Origin: Dysgonomonas sp.
Lineage (GTDB): Bacteria; Bacteroidota; Bacteroidia; Bacteroidales; Dysgonomonadaceae
NCBI GenBank assembly: GCA_047030855.1
Contig: JBKYIJ010000008.1
Coordinates: 1,464,489 to 1,528,488 of the forward strand
Reading direction: 5' to 3'
Length of the DNA stretch: 64,000 nt
Shown: in pieces, positions 63,121-64,000 of the stretch
Layout: every line of letters starts with the position of its first letter
Numbering within the stretch: the first letter of the stretch is position 1
Made by a program: the position numbers and the translations under genes
Notes under the pieces: generated by a model
What the model was told of the DNA's origin: nothing
The model's database searches: none
The model's input: the letters and a program-made list of their open reading frames with translations, nothing else

Positions 63121-63372
63121 TTATTTGTTCTTTTCTATCATATCCAGAGCCATATCCAATATTGTAGTATCATCAATCGAAACACATCCGCCTTGAGGAC
63201 CGGGTTCAATGTGTATTCCGCAGCTTTCGCCTTTTTCATAATTCCGTCCGCCAAAATAATTTCGCACGGTTTCGACCGAAATATTCAACTCGTTTGCAAT
63301 TTTTTGCATACTTCCATCAGGTAAACTATCCTTAATCTTACGAAGCTCTGTAAATGTTATAGTTTTCGTCAT
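63121..63372 (-). CDS. Small conserved HTH-like DNA-binding protein
   Basis: ITFTELRKIKDSLPDGSMQKIANELNISVETVRNYFGG is HTH-like, followed by IHIEPGPQGG. Confidence 0.75.
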   Translation of the reverse strand: MTKTITFTELRKIKDSLPDGSMQKIANELNISVETVRNYFGGRNYEKGESCGIHIEPGPQGGCVSIDDTTILDMALDMIEKNK

Positions 63373-63444
63373 GATGATTATATTTTATAAGGTTAATAAA
63401 ATCAAGATGTCTAAAGTTAACAAAAAACTTTTGATAGAGCCAAA

Positions 63445-64000
63445 TTATTTATACAGATAAATGGAAAATAAACTAAATATAATGTTAAATAAGACCGTAA
63501 GTCCCAGTGTGGCGATCAATATGTTTGCATGCCTTCGAGTGTACAAAGGTTTTTTCATATCAGGCAATGGCGTCTTTAATATTTTGACTCTACAGTACTG
63601 AAACAGTAAATATATCAGAAATCCGATAAGAGTTCCCAGAAAGATTCCTCCCAGAATATCGGTTATAAAATGTACGCCTAAATATATTCTCGAATAGCAG
63701 CTTAACAATGCCCATGCTATCAGTGCGACCGTAAGCCTCCTTTGTTTGAAGACAAGGGCTATAAAAGTCGTTACTCCGAATCCGTTGCAGGCATGGGAGG
63801 ATATGAATCCGTAGCGTCCGCCCCTGTAATCGTCGACTATGAGCACATGGTACATAAAATCGGGGTGATGCGTGGGGCGTAAGCGGGAAAAGAATGGCTT
63901 AACCAGACTTGCCGATATCTGATCGCACAAAGTGGCTAAAAGTATGAAACACAATAAGAAAAGGACGGCGTTTTGCCATTTCGATTTATAGAAGATGACA
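63445..64000 (-). CDS. PAP2-family membrane phosphatase (5' end outside window)
   Basis: C1 KPFFSRLRP, C2 ISSHA, C3 SRIYLGVHFITD. The frame stays open to the window end. Confidence 0.9.
   Translation of the reverse strand, partial: VIFYKSKWQNAVLFLLCFILLATLCDQISASLVKPFFSRLRPTHHPDFMYHVLIVDDYRGGRYGFISSHACNGFGVTTFIALVFKQRRLTVALIAWALLSCYSRIYLGVHFITDILGGIFLGTLIGFLIYLLFQYCRVKILKTPLPDMKKPLYTRRHANILIATLGLTVLFNIIFSLFSIYLYK

Overview
A gene-dense chromosomal window from a Bacteroidales bacterium. It looks Dysgonomonadaceae-like by protein style and gene content; this is an inference. Bacteroidota-type -7 promoter elements (TAnnTTTG) and intrinsic terminators are abundant. Most genes are housekeeping: pepE, pncB, prmA, trmB, oxyR, yggS, ffh, folD, eno, truA, rbr, rpmH (missed by the ORF track), asnS, purB, rnhB, pssA/psd, prs, ddl, FKBPs, cobB and ppa. 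The window begins inside a wza-wzc polysaccharide export locus. I saw no rRNA, tRNA, CRISPR array, transposase, integrase or prophage. Nine genes carry small indels, almost all in homopolymer runs, which most likely reflects assembly error. Most interesting: (1) a tightly coupled three-gene cassette (polytopic DUF6080-like protein, UbiA-type polyprenyl-phosphate phosphoribosyltransferase, HAD phosphatase) that looks like a lipid-linked pentofuranosylation system lacking DprE1/E2 and a flippase; (2) a Cys/His-rich, Pro-Pro-ending ORF and a hairpin ahead of a CC-motif TonB-dependent receptor and an HMA chaperone, a candidate metal-responsive leader/attenuator; (3) a non-canonical PEP carboxykinase-like gene head-to-head with enolase; (4) a giant TPR protein paired with an apparently plug-less outer-membrane barrel; (5) a DUF5715 lipoprotein with a hidden M15/LAS zinc-peptidase motif. 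Family names were recognised from memory of motifs; no searches were run.
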